NCBI RefSeq assembly: GCF_036971445.1
Contig: NC_091474.1
Coordinates: 41,540,001-41,604,000, forward strand
Length of the DNA stretch: 64,000 nt
Origin: Narcine bancroftii
Taxonomy: Eukaryota
Reading direction: 5' to 3'
Under the pieces are notes generated by a model. It was not told the origin of the DNA. It did not search any database and saw only the letters and a program-made list of their open reading frames with translations. Below are positions 29,915 to 41,870 of this stretch, in pieces; position 1 is the first letter of the stretch, and each line of letters begins with the position of its first letter. The position numbers and the translations under genes are program-made.

Positions 29915-30909
29915 TCATCGACTACAGCTCAGCCTTCAATACCATTATTCCCTCAGTGCTGGTCAAGAAGCTATAAACTTTAGGTCTCTCTATCCCACTC
30001 TGCAACTGTACACTTGACTTTCTCATTGGAAGACCACAGTCAGTACGAATTGGAAACAATGTCTCCTCCTCACTGATCATCAACACAAGGATGCGTGCTT
30101 AGCCCATTGCTCTGCTCGTTACACACCCACGACTGTATGCCCATACTACAATTCCAATGTCATCTACAAGTTTGCCGATAACATCTCAGTTGTCAGAAGA
30201 ATCAGCTCATTGAGATGATTGTGGACTTCAGGAGGAAGTCAGCGAAAAATCACCCAGTCCTCATCAAGGGCTCAATAGTGGAGAGGGTCAAGAATTTCAA
30301 ATTCCTGGTGTCAACATTTCTGAGGATCTGAACCTGGAACATCCAGGTTGATCCAATCACAAAGAAGGCTCACTAGTTTCTATACTTTGTGAGTGTCTGA
30401 GGAGATTCTGTATGTCATCAAAGACTCTCGTAAACTTCTACAGGTGTACCATGGAGAGTATTCTGGTTGGTTGCATTACTGTCTGGTATGGAGGCACGAA
30501 TTCTCAAGGCAAGAATAAACTCCAGAGGGTTGTTAACTTGGCCTGCGACATCACAGGCAGCAGACTTCACTCCATTGAGGGCATTTACATGAGCCTCTAT
30601 CCTCAAAGACCCCCACCACCCAGGCCACACCCTCTTCACTCTGCTACCATCGGGGAAAAGATACAGGAACCTAAAGACGAACACTCAGCGGCACAAGGAC
30701 AGCTTCTTCCCCGCTGCCATCAGATTCCTGAATAATCAATGACCAAAGACTCTGCCGTACTTTTCATGCATTATTATTATTATTATTATTATTATTTTAT
30801 TTTTATAGTAATGTCGTAAGATGGTTATATTATGTATGTTTGCACTATGACGCTGCCACAAAACACCAAATTTCATCACTTGTTCATGACAATAAATTCT
30901 GATTCTGAT
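29915..30909 (+). mobile_element. Rex1/Babar-type LINE 3' part
   Basis: DYSSAFNTI and KTLVNFYRCTMESILVGCITVWYG motifs; aataaattctgattctgatt tail. Confidence 0.8.
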
Positions 30910-31497
30910 TGTACAAGGCATTGGTGAGGCCAAATTTGGAGTACTGTGTACAGTTTTGGTCACCAAATTATAGGAAAGATATAAACAAAATAGAGAGAGT
31001 GCAGAGAAGGTTCACGAAAATGTTGACAGGATTTCAGGGTCTGAGTTACAGGGAAAGGTTGTGCAGACTGGGGCTTTTTTCTCCGGAGCGTAGAAGATTG
31101 AGAGGGGACTTGATAGAGGTGTTTAAGATTTTAAAAGGGACAGACAGAGTAAATGTGGATAGGCTTTTTCAATTAAGAAAGGGGGAGATTCAAACTAGAG
31201 GACATGGTTTAAGATTGAAGGGGGAAAATTATAAGGGGAACATGAGGGGAAATTTCTTTACGCAGAGGGTGGTGGGGATGTGGAATGAGCTTCCGGCAGA
31301 CGTAGTCGAGGCGGGATCATTGGTTACATTTAAGGAAAGACTGGATCGTTACATGGATAGGAGGGGACTAGAGGGGTATGGACCGGGTGCTGGTCAGTGG
31401 GACTAGGAGGGTGGGGATTTGCTACGGCATGGACTAGTAGGGCTGAACTGGCCTGTTCTGTGCTGTAAGTGGTTATATGGTTATATGGTTATGGTTA
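30910..31497 (+). mobile_element. Young CR1 LINE 3' fragment
   Basis: Open 165-aa ORF 30909..31406 (LEYCVQFW, RRRLRGDLIEVFK); (GGTTATAT)n tail. Confidence 0.92.
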
Positions 31498-32299
31498 AAT
31501 GGGGCCTCCTCAATGTCTTATGCAGCTGCAACATAACATCCCAAATTCTGTACTCAATACTCTGATGAATGCCAATGTGCCAAAAGCCTTTTGACCACCT
31601 GTGACACCACTTTCAAAGTACAATATACCTGTAATCCGAGGTCCCTCTGCTCTACAACACCTCCCAGATCCCTAACATTCACTGTGTAGGTCCTACCCAT
31701 GTTAGACTTTCCAAAATGCAATACCTCAGATTTCTCTTACAGCCAATCAAGATCCTGTTTCAATTTTTGGCAACAGTTTTCACTACCTACAATACAAGAC
31801 ACTTTTTTCTTCAATAAAAGTCGCCATGTAGGTTAAGGCACAAAATATGGATAGAATTGAAAAGCAGGGAAGATCAGATAAAACTTTGTTGAACTTTTGC
31901 TAGCCCATGCAGAGTATATAGAATATAGACGGTACAACAGTAGAACAGGTCCTTCAGCTCACATGTCTGCACCAAACATGATGCTTAAGTTAAACTAAAA
32001 CATTGATGATTGCACATAATCTATAATCCGTCATTCACTGCATCTTCTAAACCCTCTTAAGGCTACCATCAGCTTCTGGCGCACTAGAGAAAAACAACCA
32101 AAGTTTGCCCAATCTCTCCTTGGACCTTATCCAGGTAAATCTCATTTGTACCTGTTCCAAAACTGGAAATGCTGTGTTGGAGATCGAGAATCTGGTTAGG
32201 TGATGCCAAGTCAAATAATTTTGCTCTAAACATCATCAAGACATAGGTTTTAGGAAGGGAGGCTGAGGGATTGTTCACCTGTTTGCATCAACGGGATAG

Positions 32300-32750
32300 A
32301 GATGAAGAGGGTTAGTACCTTCAATTTCTGGGAAAACATATACCATATTACCTCTCCTGAAGCCAGCACATCGAGGCACACGAAAGCTTGTATTTTCTGA
32401 GAAATCTGATTTGGCATGTCATCAAATACTCTTATTAAATTTCTACAGGGGTACTATAGAAAGTATACTCATTTGTTGCAACATAGATTGGTTTGATCAT
32501 TTGAGGGCTCAGAACTTCAGAATTCTGCAGAAGGGAGCAAACATGGCGAAGTCCAACAAAAGCTTCCACCTCCCATCCATTGAAGACAGCTATGTGAGGC
32601 GTCTCAAGAAGGTAGCCAACATCATAAAGGGCCCCCATCACCCTGGTCACTGTTCCCTTTGAGAAGAAGAAATGAGAAGTCTGAAGACCAGCACCTGTAG
32701 GTTTAAGAACTGTTTCTTTCCAGTAGTTATCAGTTTCTTGAACCTCCATA
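32300..32750 (+). mobile_element. Degraded Rex1/Babar fragment
   Basis: LLNFYRGTIESIL motif. Confidence 0.6.
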
Positions 32751-32779
32751 CTACACTAATATTCAGTACCCCGTACTGT

Positions 32780-34195
32780 TAGAGTCACTCTGTAGAAGCC
32801 CCGGATGTCTGCTGTGTGTGATCTGGATGCCAAGGAGACCTTCTGGTTCACTGGCAGTACTGTGAGAGAAAAATGCCGCACTGTGTCCAGGTGGATGAAC
32901 TCTCTATGCTTCCACTATCGAATAAGCAACTCGTCATGTGATGATGAATATTAAGCGTGATGGAAGCCAGTGTCAGATTGCTGCACATCACTGTTGTGGG
33001 CAGCGGCAGTGTCCAAAATGGCAGTCCCCAGGGCCCACACACAGCGCTGCTGGGTCCCGAAGATGGTGGCCTCCATGGCCCAGATGCAGCGATGCTGTGT
33101 CCTGAAGATGACACCCAATATGGCGGCCCCCTGGATCACACATGGCACTGCTGTCTCCAGGTGATGATGGTGTTTGGGATGGCGGTCCCCACAATCCACA
33201 CGCGGCACTGCTCGGACAGGATTTAGACTTACAGATTTTGGAGTAGTGGTCCTTCTTCCCACAGTTTGAGTATGTTGAATCCTTTGCTGGGTAGCATTTC
33301 TTGCCTAGGCCACAGAAGTAGCACTGTGGCTCTGGTCAGGTCATCACCAAAGCTGGACAAATGTGGCAGGAGGTTGTCGCGGAGCACTGCTTCTATGGTC
33401 AAGTAGTTAGCAGAGCAAGGGGTCGGTGGCAGCCGTGTTGTCAGATGAGTGGGCCTCCATGTTCTGGAGAGCCACTTCCAGCATACCTGCCAGCTCAACT
33501 ACTCTCCACAGACTGAGCTCCCCTTGCTCCAGGAGTCTCTGTCAGATGTAGTTTGACTTGATCCCTGTGATGTAGGCATCCTGGATCAGATCTTCTGTGT
33601 ACTCTGTGGCGGGCACAGCCTTACTTTCACAGGCCCTGCTGATTGATCACAGTGCCCGAAGATATTCAGCGCTGGACTCAGCGGGTCATTGTTTTCAAGT
33701 CACCAGGAGGTGTCTGGCATAGACAATATTGATTTTACGCAGGTACAGTCCTTTGAGAATGTCCATGGCTTCCTGGTAGGTTGTAGCATCCTTGATCATG
33801 GATGCTGACCTGGGAGTGCAGCACTTGCTGTTTGTCAGTCTCCAATCGCACAATGGTAGAGGAGGCCTGCAGGAATGCTTCAAAACAGCACAGCCAGAGC
33901 TCAAAGTTGGTAGATACCTCAGGGGATTGAGGGTTGATTTTCAGTTTTTCTGGCTTGAGGATCTGCTCCATTGTAAAAAAAAATTAAATGAATAAAATTG
34001 ATGCACCATCAATTATTTGAATGTCTACTGTAGAGGAACTGATAGGCTTCTATTCACTTAAGAACACAAGCACATTCATACTGTTTGGTTGTCCACACTG
34101 AGCTGTGATGGCTGTGGAAAAGTCACCTTTATACAGGAGCCTGTGGGGAGGGGCCACAGGTACAACCGGTCTGACCATAACAATGATTTACCACA
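32780..34195 (-). mobile_element. Gypsy-type LTR retrotransposon remnant (5' LTR, gag, protease)
   Basis: Gag-like MEQILKPEKLKINPQSPE...WLCCFEAFL; protease-like CLFDSGSIES; LTR-like start TGTGGTAAAT at 34195. Confidence 0.65.
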
Positions 34196-34559
34196 ATGGC
34201 ATCAATATTGACCTCCAATTTCCAGTAGCCCTCTCTCCATTCTCTTGCTTTCCCTCATCCCACTGTCTCCCTTCCTTTAGCTCCCCACCCCTTCCCTTCA
34301 TTTCCCCTGAGAGCATCCTTCTCAGTCCTCTGCCCCCATTTTCCATCACCTCCCAGCTCCTCCTCTTTCTCCTCCCTCCTGTGTCTACCTACTAGTCCGT
34401 GTTTTTTCCTCCCTACTTATTTAGGCTTCTGTCTGTTTTTTGGCTGAGCTGAAGAAGGGCTTACACCCACTGCTTTCTGTGGATGCTGCTTGGCCTGCTG
34501 AGAACCACAAGCACTTTTGTGTATCATTGCCAAATACCTTTCTGCCCTCCTATCTATTT

Positions 34560-35140
34560 CCATGGCCATTTTCAGCAAGCCAAGTCCTTGGTGCCCCAGA
34601 AACCTCTCTATGTCAAAGCCATTAAGGATTTTGCCATTACCTTGTATAATTTCCCCTGACATTTGTGCAACCACTTACACTTGCACACATTAAACACCAT
34701 CTGCCATTTTTCTGCCAATATCTGGACTGAGTTATATTCTAATGTTTCCTTTTATAACCTTCTACAATGTGCATAACTCCATCAATCCTTGTGACATCTG
34801 CAAACTTCCTATCCCACCCATCTACTTTTTCATCCAAATAATTTATATCCATGCACGTACTGTATATATTCCAAAGAATAGCCCAGTATTGATCTCTGCA
34901 GAATACCAGTAGTCATGGATTTTCAGCCAGAATAACATTCTTCCACCATTACTCTCTGTTCTATGGATAAGCCAATTCTAAATCCAGACTATTGATTCAC
35001 TGTGGAACTCGTAGATTTTTACCTTCTGGTCAGCCTGCCATTAATGAACTAATCAAATGCTTTACAAAGGTCTCTGTTGACCATCACCCTATCCTCATCA
35101 ATTTCTTCGACACACCTTCAAAAAACGCAACTTAATTTGT
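34560..35140 (-). mobile_element. Degraded CR1 RT fragment
   Basis: Antisense of KFADDT/QGS-type RT region; boundaries approximate. Confidence 0.55.
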
Positions 35141-35177
35141 AAGATGAGAGTAAAACACAAATATCTTCAGGGTGATT

Positions 35178-38100
35178 TTTTTTTAATTTTTTTATTTTTC
35201 ACACCATAAATCACATTAGCCATGATACACACTTTTTCCTTTTCACACATATACAGTGACATTTTCTCCCCCCCCTCCCTCCTCCCAACCCACCCCCCCC
35301 CCACCCCACCCCTCCCATCCATTTAAGGTATACAATCTAGGAAACATTAAATCAGTCAGACAATGTTGTCACTCAACAAAAATACACCAGAAATTCTACT
35401 GAGTCCATTCTTTTCTTTCCTTCTCCTTGAATCAACTTAGGTAATGATTGTCCCCGGTAGGTTTTCATTATTGTATTTAATGTAAGGCTCCCATATTTGT
35501 TTGAATATTTCAATATTATTTCTTAAACTATATGTTATTTTTTCTAATGGAATACATTTATTCATTTCTATATACCATTGTTGTATTTTCAAATTATCTT
35601 CCAATTTCCAGGTTGACATAATACATTATTTGCTACGGCTATCTTAACAAATCTTTTTTGTGCATCCTCCAAATCAATTCCAAATTCTTTGTTTTTTATG
35701 TTACTTAGGAGAAAGATCTCTGGATTCTTTCGTATATTGTTTTCTGTTATTTTATTTAATATCTGACTGAGATCTTCCCAAAATTTTTCTACTTTCTCAC
35801 ATGTCCAGATTGCATGAATTGTTGTTCCCATTTCTTTTTTACATCGAAAACATCTATCAGATACTGTTGGGTCCCATTTATTTAACTTTTGAGGTGTAAT
35901 GTATAGTCTGTGTATCCAGTTATATTGTATCATACGTAACCTCATATTTATTGTATTTCTCATCGTTCCAGAACATAATTTCTCCCATGTTTCCTTTTTC
36001 ATTTTTATATTTAAATCTTGTTCCCATTTTTGTTTAGTTTTACCATTTGTTTCCTCATTCTCCTTTTCTTGCAGTTTAATATACATATTTGTTATAAATC
36101 TTTTGATTATCATTGTATCTGTAATCACATATTCAAGGTTACTTGCCTCTGGCAAACTCAAACTGCTTCCTAATTTATCCTTCAAGTAGGATCTCAATTG
36201 GTAATATGCCAGCGCTGTATCTTGAGTTATATTGTACTTATCTTTCATTTGTTCAAAGGATAAGAATCTATTTCCTGAAAAACAATTTTCTATTCTTTTA
36301 ATCCCTTTTTTTTTCCCATTCTCTAAAGGAAAGGTTATCTATTGTAAAAGGGAGTAACTTGTTTTGCGTCAATATTAGTTTTGGTAATTGATCATTTGTT
36401 TTATTTCTTTCTACATGAATCTTCTTCCAAATATTGAGGAGATGATGTAATACTGGAGAACTTCTATGTTGTACCAATTTTTCATCCCATTTATATAATA
36501 TGTGTTCAGGTATCTTTTCCCCTATTTTATCTAATTCTAATCTCGTCCAGTCTGGTTTTTCCCTTGTTTGATAAAAATCTGATAGGTATCTTAATTGTGC
36601 GGCTCTATAATAATTTTTAAAGTTTGGCAGTTGTAAGCCTCCTTGTTTATACCATTCTGTTAATTTATCTAGTGCTATCCTCGGTTTCCCCCCTCTCCAT
36701 AAAAATTTCCTTATTATTTTCTTTAACTCCTTGAAGAATTTTTCTGTCAGTTGTATTGGCAATGCCTGAAATAAGTATAATATCCTTGGAAAAATGTTCA
36801 TTTTAATACAGTTTATTCTTCCTATTAGTGTTAGTGGTAAATCTTTCCAATGCTCTAAATCGTCCTGTAATTTTTTCATTAGTGGATAATAATTGAGTTT
36901 ATATAGTTGGCCGAGATTTTTGTTTATTTGTACACCTAGGTATCTTATTGCCTGCATTTGCCATCTAAATGGAGATTCCTTCTTAAATTTTGAGAAATCC
37001 GCATTATTCATAGACATTGCTTCACTTTTATTTACGTTTATCTTGTAACCCGACACTTCTCCATATTCCTTCAATTTCTTATATAATTCTTTTATTGATA
37101 GTTCTGGTTCTGTTAAGTACACTATCTTCTTTGGCTTGGCTTCGCGGACGAAGATTTATGGAGGGGGTAAAAGTCCACGTCAGCTGCAGGCTCGTTTGTG
37201 GCTGACAAGTCTGATGCGGGACAGGCAGACATAGTTGCAGCGGCTGCAGGGGAAAATTGGTTGGTTGGGGTTGGGTGTTGGGTTTTTCCTCCTTTGCCTT
37301 TTGTCAGTGAGGTGGGCTCTGCGGTCTTCTTCAAAGGAGGTTGCTGCCCGCCAAACTGTGAGGCGCCAAGATGCACAGCTATAACATCATCCGCAAATAG
37401 ACTGATTTTATATTCCTTGTCTTTTATTTTTATTCCTTTTATATTATTATCTATTCTTATCAATTCTGCTAGTGGTTCTATAGCTAACGCAAACAATAAA
37501 GGTGATAGTGGGCATCCCTGCCGCGTTGACTTGCTTAAGTTAAATTGCTTTGATACATGTCCATTTACTGTCACTTTCGCTAACGGTCCCTTATATAATG
37601 CTTTAATCCAATTAATATACTTCTCCGGTAAACTGAATTTTTGCAATACTTTGAACAAATAATTCCATTCTACTCTGTCAAAGGCCTTCTCTGCGTCTAA
37701 AGCAACTGCTACTGTAGGTGCTTTATTTCCTTCTACTGCATGAATTAAATTAATAAATTTACAAATATTGTCTGTTGTGCGTCTTTTTTTGATAAATCCA
37801 GTTTGGTCTAAATTTACCATTTTCGGTACATGCTCTGCTAATCTGTTTGCTAATAGTTTAGCTACTATCTTATAATCTGTGTTTAGTAAAGATATTGGTC
37901 TATATGACGCTGGTGAGAGTGGATCTTTCCCTTGCTTTAGTATTACTGTAATTATTGCTGTTTTACATGAATCTGGTAAGCTTTGTGTTTCATCAATCTG
38001 GTTGATTATATCTAGGAGGGGCGGAATTAATAAGTCTTTAAATGTTTTGTAGAATTCTATTGGGAATCTATCCTCTCCTGGTGTCTTATTATTTGGTAAT

Positions 38101-38270
38101 TTTTTTATTATCTCTTGTATTTCTACTATTCCAAATGGTTCTGTTAATTTATTTTGTTCCTCTATTTGTAGTTTTGGTAGTTCAATTTTAGTCAGAAATT
38201 CATCTATTTTCCCTTCTTTCCCTTCGTTTTCAGTTCGGTATAATTGTTCATAGAATTCTCTAAAGTTTTC
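35178..38270 (-). mobile_element. 5'-truncated L1 of the same family as 8418-14532, interrupted by an RTE
   Basis: Near-identical ORF2 RT and C-terminal peptides; poly-A and C-rich 3'UTR at the left end; 15-bp TSD atcttcagggtgatt (35163-35177 / 38271-38285). Confidence 0.95.
37126..37378 (-). mobile_element. RTE 3' fragment inserted in L1 ORF2
   Basis: RTE terminus and GAA tail; ctat duplicated at 37122-37125 and 37379-37382. Confidence 0.9.
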
Positions 38271-38285
38271 ATCTTCAGGGTGATT

Positions 38286-38790
38286 GAAGTAAAAACAACA
38301 TTCCGGAGGAACTCAGCAGGTCAAACAGCCTACTTTATGGAGCAAAGATAAAGATACAAAACCAACGTTTCGGGCTTCAACCCTTCATCAAGGTATGACA
38401 AAATGTAGGCAGGCGCCTGAACAAAATGATGGAGGGGTAGGGGGCAGAGCACAGTGCCACAGGCAGAAGGTAATATGGATAAGAGAGGGAGGGCACTCCA
38501 GCAAGCATGGGGGGGGGAGGGAGAAGGCTCTGTTGACAGAGAGGGAAAGGGATAGAGAGCTAGAGGAAAGATGACAGAGGGAATCAGAGAAGTCGATGTT
38601 AATGCCATCTGGTTGGAGAGTGAAAATTAAGTGTTGCTCCTCCAATTTTGGGTGGTCTTCGCATAACAGTACATGAGGCTATGGACAGACATGTCTGCAT
38701 GGCAGTGGGATGCAGAAGTGAAATGGTTGGCCACTGGGAGATCCCTGTCACTGATGCAGACAGAGCAAAGGTGCTCAGTGAAGCTATCTC
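38286..38790 (-). mobile_element. Penelope-like element fragment (host of the L1)
   Basis: FTEHLCSV...LPVANHF and LEEQHLIF..LQPDGINIDFS motifs; terminal repeat continuous with 35148-35177. Confidence 0.8.
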
Positions 38791-39489
38791 TTAGTGTGTA
38801 AGATGTCCTGCCCTGCATAAAGCCTTGCTGAATGTCCTGAATCAATGCATCTTTTTAAATGCACACAAATCCTATTTCTAAGTATCCTCTCCAGTAACTT
38901 CCCTACTGCTGATGTGCGACTCAGTGGATTAAAACTTCCTTGATTATTTCTATTTCCTTTGAACAAGCTGGAGAGTAGCTAAGTAATCCCTTACTAATCA
39001 CAGAGCACCTATGGCATAGGGATTACTTAAGGTGGTATGTGAGTGGAAAGAAAAAGATTGAAAATCATTGGTCTACAGTTATCCTTGTCCTTCACTATCT
39101 TAACCAACAGAATTGTGATCACTGTTCCAAAAATCCTCTCCAACTCAAGAGGCCAGTCACCTGGTCAGATGCATTTCCAAAAACAAGGTCCAGTATGGCT
39201 CCTCTTCTACTATCTACTTTCTGTTTCAATAAACCCACTTAGATGCACTGAAGAAATTCTTGATAGGGTTACTGAGAGAACATTTGTAGGGGAGACTGGA
39301 ACTGGGCAATAAATATGTTATTCATTCATAGTGCACAGACAATGAATGGTTGAGATTGTGGAATAAGGACAGACCTAAAAAGGGAATGCAATGAAGATTC
39401 ACTAGACCTGCAGTATGTTTTTTGACATTTTCAGTTTTAATTCATTGGACTAATTCCAGGGATGAAAGATTGAGTCAACTAGGTCTGTT

Positions 39490-40260
39490 GTCATAAATAT
39501 TTGGTTTCATATGATACAATACAATTGGTTACATAGACTATATGTTACACCTGAAAAGTTAACAGAATGGATTCCAACAATATCGAACAAATGCTTCCAT
39601 TGTAAACAAAAAATTGGAACAACAATAATTTGGACATGTACAAAAGTGAAAACTTTTTGGGAGGATTTAAACCTAATATTAAATAGAATTACAAAAAATA
39701 GGATACCAAAAGACCCAAAAATCTTCCTGTTAAACAGCATAGAAGATAAAGAATTAGGTCTAAAATTAGACAGGATTCAAAAAAGATTTATTATGATTGT
39801 GCTTGCAGTAGCAAAAAAAGTGCATAATGATAACTTGGAAAACAGAAGCAACCTTAAAAATACAACAATGATACCTAGAAATGAACAAGTGTATTACATT
39901 AGAAAAAAATTACCCACAATCTAAAAGACAAATATTCTGTATTTGAACAAATTTGGAAACCATACATAGAGTATATTAGAAACCTCCAATTTCAGAGCTC
40001 CAGCTCTTAAAGTGATAAGTTACAAGTTTGAAAATAATTAAATATGAAATATTGGATGACATGATTTCTTTTTCTTCCCTTTTGTGTTCTATCGTTTATT
40101 TATTTCTTCTTCCTTCTTTCTTTCATTTCCTGTTTTAAGTTATAAAGGGTGGGGGAAAAAATGAAAATGTCACTGTGCATATTTTAATACTGAATATTTG
40201 TATAGATTGTTATTGACATGGTTCACTGTGAAGTACTAAATTTAAAAAATATTTTAAAAA
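39490..40260 (+). mobile_element. Older L1 3' fragment
   Basis: MIQYNWLHRLYVTP...KCFHCKQKIGT (L1 CCHC region) followed by a 3'UTR. Confidence 0.85.
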
Positions 40261-41215
40261 ATAGGTCTGTTGTCTTTTGAGTTTAGAAGAAATGTATGGT
40301 GATTTCAGAGAGACTTAAAAATTTCTGTAAGAGCATACCAGTGAGTGTTTCCTCTGGCTGGAGTCCAGAGCCAGGAGTTAAAGAATAAAGGGAAGATCAC
40401 TTAGAGCTGAGGGTGATAAATAGGGTGGCCATTTCAAAAGGTGGACATGGTCATACGTTACCATAGTGTGTTTGCATTTGTTATTTTTGCAATACTGTTT
40501 AAATCATTTAAAAATATGATTTGTTTTGAAGCATACTGTATGTGTATACAGTGTGTTTCAGAACAAATAATTTTTAAAATAAGATTTATGGTAACTTTTG
40601 ACCATGTCCTTCTTTTGGAATGGCCACCCTATAAACCTTTGAAATTCTGTACCCCAAACCACTGCAAAGGGTCATTCATTGAGTTTATTCAGTCAGAACA
40701 GGTACCCACATTTTTCTGGACATTATGGGGATCAAGGGATATGCAATAGTGTAGGAAAGTTGCACTCAAATGGAAATATCAGCCATGGTCAGCAACATAT
40801 TAAAAGACTCATCCTATCCACCTCGCTCCTCTTGTCGGTAAGAAGATTCATCAATGTGAGATCATGCACCACACTTTCCTGCTATTATCAGACTCTTGAA
40901 CAAACCTCATACCCAGCATTTGCTCTGTCCTAACATCCCTTTCAGCAATTCTGTATTGTGGTTTTATTGTTCTATTTGCATGGGTTGACTCACTGGATTG
41001 CATGCAAAACAAACCTCATAGTACCTTGAATTGTACTTGAACTGAGTCCTGATGAATGAGGATGCATCTAAATTGCCTCTAAATGCATGGTGTTTTAATA
41101 TAATTTTGGAGAATAAAATTGGTGTGGAATTGGTGTAAGTGATCAGCATGGACTCTGTGGGACAAAGGGCATCTTTCTGTGCCATGTGAATCAATGATCA
41201 AGTGACCAACTCCTG

Positions 41216-41316
41216 TCCCGCATCGGACTTGTCAGCCACAAACGAGCCTGCAGCTGACGTGGACTTTTACCCCCTCCATAAATCTTCGTCCGCGAAGCCA
41301 AGCCAAAGAAGAAGAA
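41216..41316 (+). mobile_element. About 100-bp RTE 3' end inserted upstream of PDRG1
   Basis: 12-bp TSD gaccaactcctg at 41204-41215 and 41317-41328; (GAA)n tail. Confidence 0.9.
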
Positions 41317-41479
41317 GACCAACTCCTGCTCTCAAGTCTGATGTTAGGGAATAGGCTGCCTCAATGATTACCTGTGGCTGAAGCGAAGTTAACTAAATAC
41401 AAAAAGGAGAAAGGAATACATTGCTATGTGATTACGATTGCATGAAGAAGTGTGGCAGGTGAGGTGACATGGACCATTT

Positions 41480-41870
41480 GGGCCCAATGATTTGCAATTT
41501 AAAGTGGACTACAACTCCCAGAATGGCAGTGTGAGTTAGAGGCGGGGATATGTTTGACTGACGTAACTATCACCAATCACACGGGCACATAGGATCCGAC
41601 GGCCAATGAGATGGAAGGGAGCTGCTGCGTGACCATCGCCCTGTGGATCGCTCGTTCGCAGTCAAAATGGCGCAGGAGTCGGAAAGAGTGATGGATTACC
41701 TGACTGAGGTGGAGTTGCTGGCAGAGAATGTGATAGTCGATAAGCAGCAGGTACTCCGAGCGTCGGGATTCACTCGGGGCACAGGCGGGCGGGCGGGCGG
41801 GGCGGGGCGGGGCAGGGGGGGACGCCGAGGCAGGTGGCGTGCAGCGCGCCTGCGCTGCTCCCGGTGATTG
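41480..41870 (+). promoter_or_regulatory. PDRG1 CpG-island promoter with ZNF143/SBS, GC box, CRE-like and CCAAT motifs
   Basis: ACTACAACTCCCAGAATGGC at 41508-41527; GAGGCGGGG near 41539; TGACGTAA at 41559-41566; CCAAT at 41484, 41573 and 41603; GC boxes in early intron 1. Confidence 0.8.
41667..41750 (+). CDS. PDRG1: PDRG1 exon 1
   Basis: aaaATGGcg start in a CpG island; CAG|GTACTC donor. Confidence 0.93.

Larger units (their letters stand above)
29110..31790 (-). mobile_element. Old CR1 fragment (29110-29897 and 31498-31790) hosting Penelope, Rex1 and young CR1 insertions
   Basis: Antisense CR1 sequence resumes after 31497 (aaatggggcctcctcaatgtc). Confidence 0.65.

Noticed and set aside
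37122-37820. Apparent novel RT fusion protein
   Set aside because: L1 RT reading into an inserted RTE fragment in a non-coding frame.
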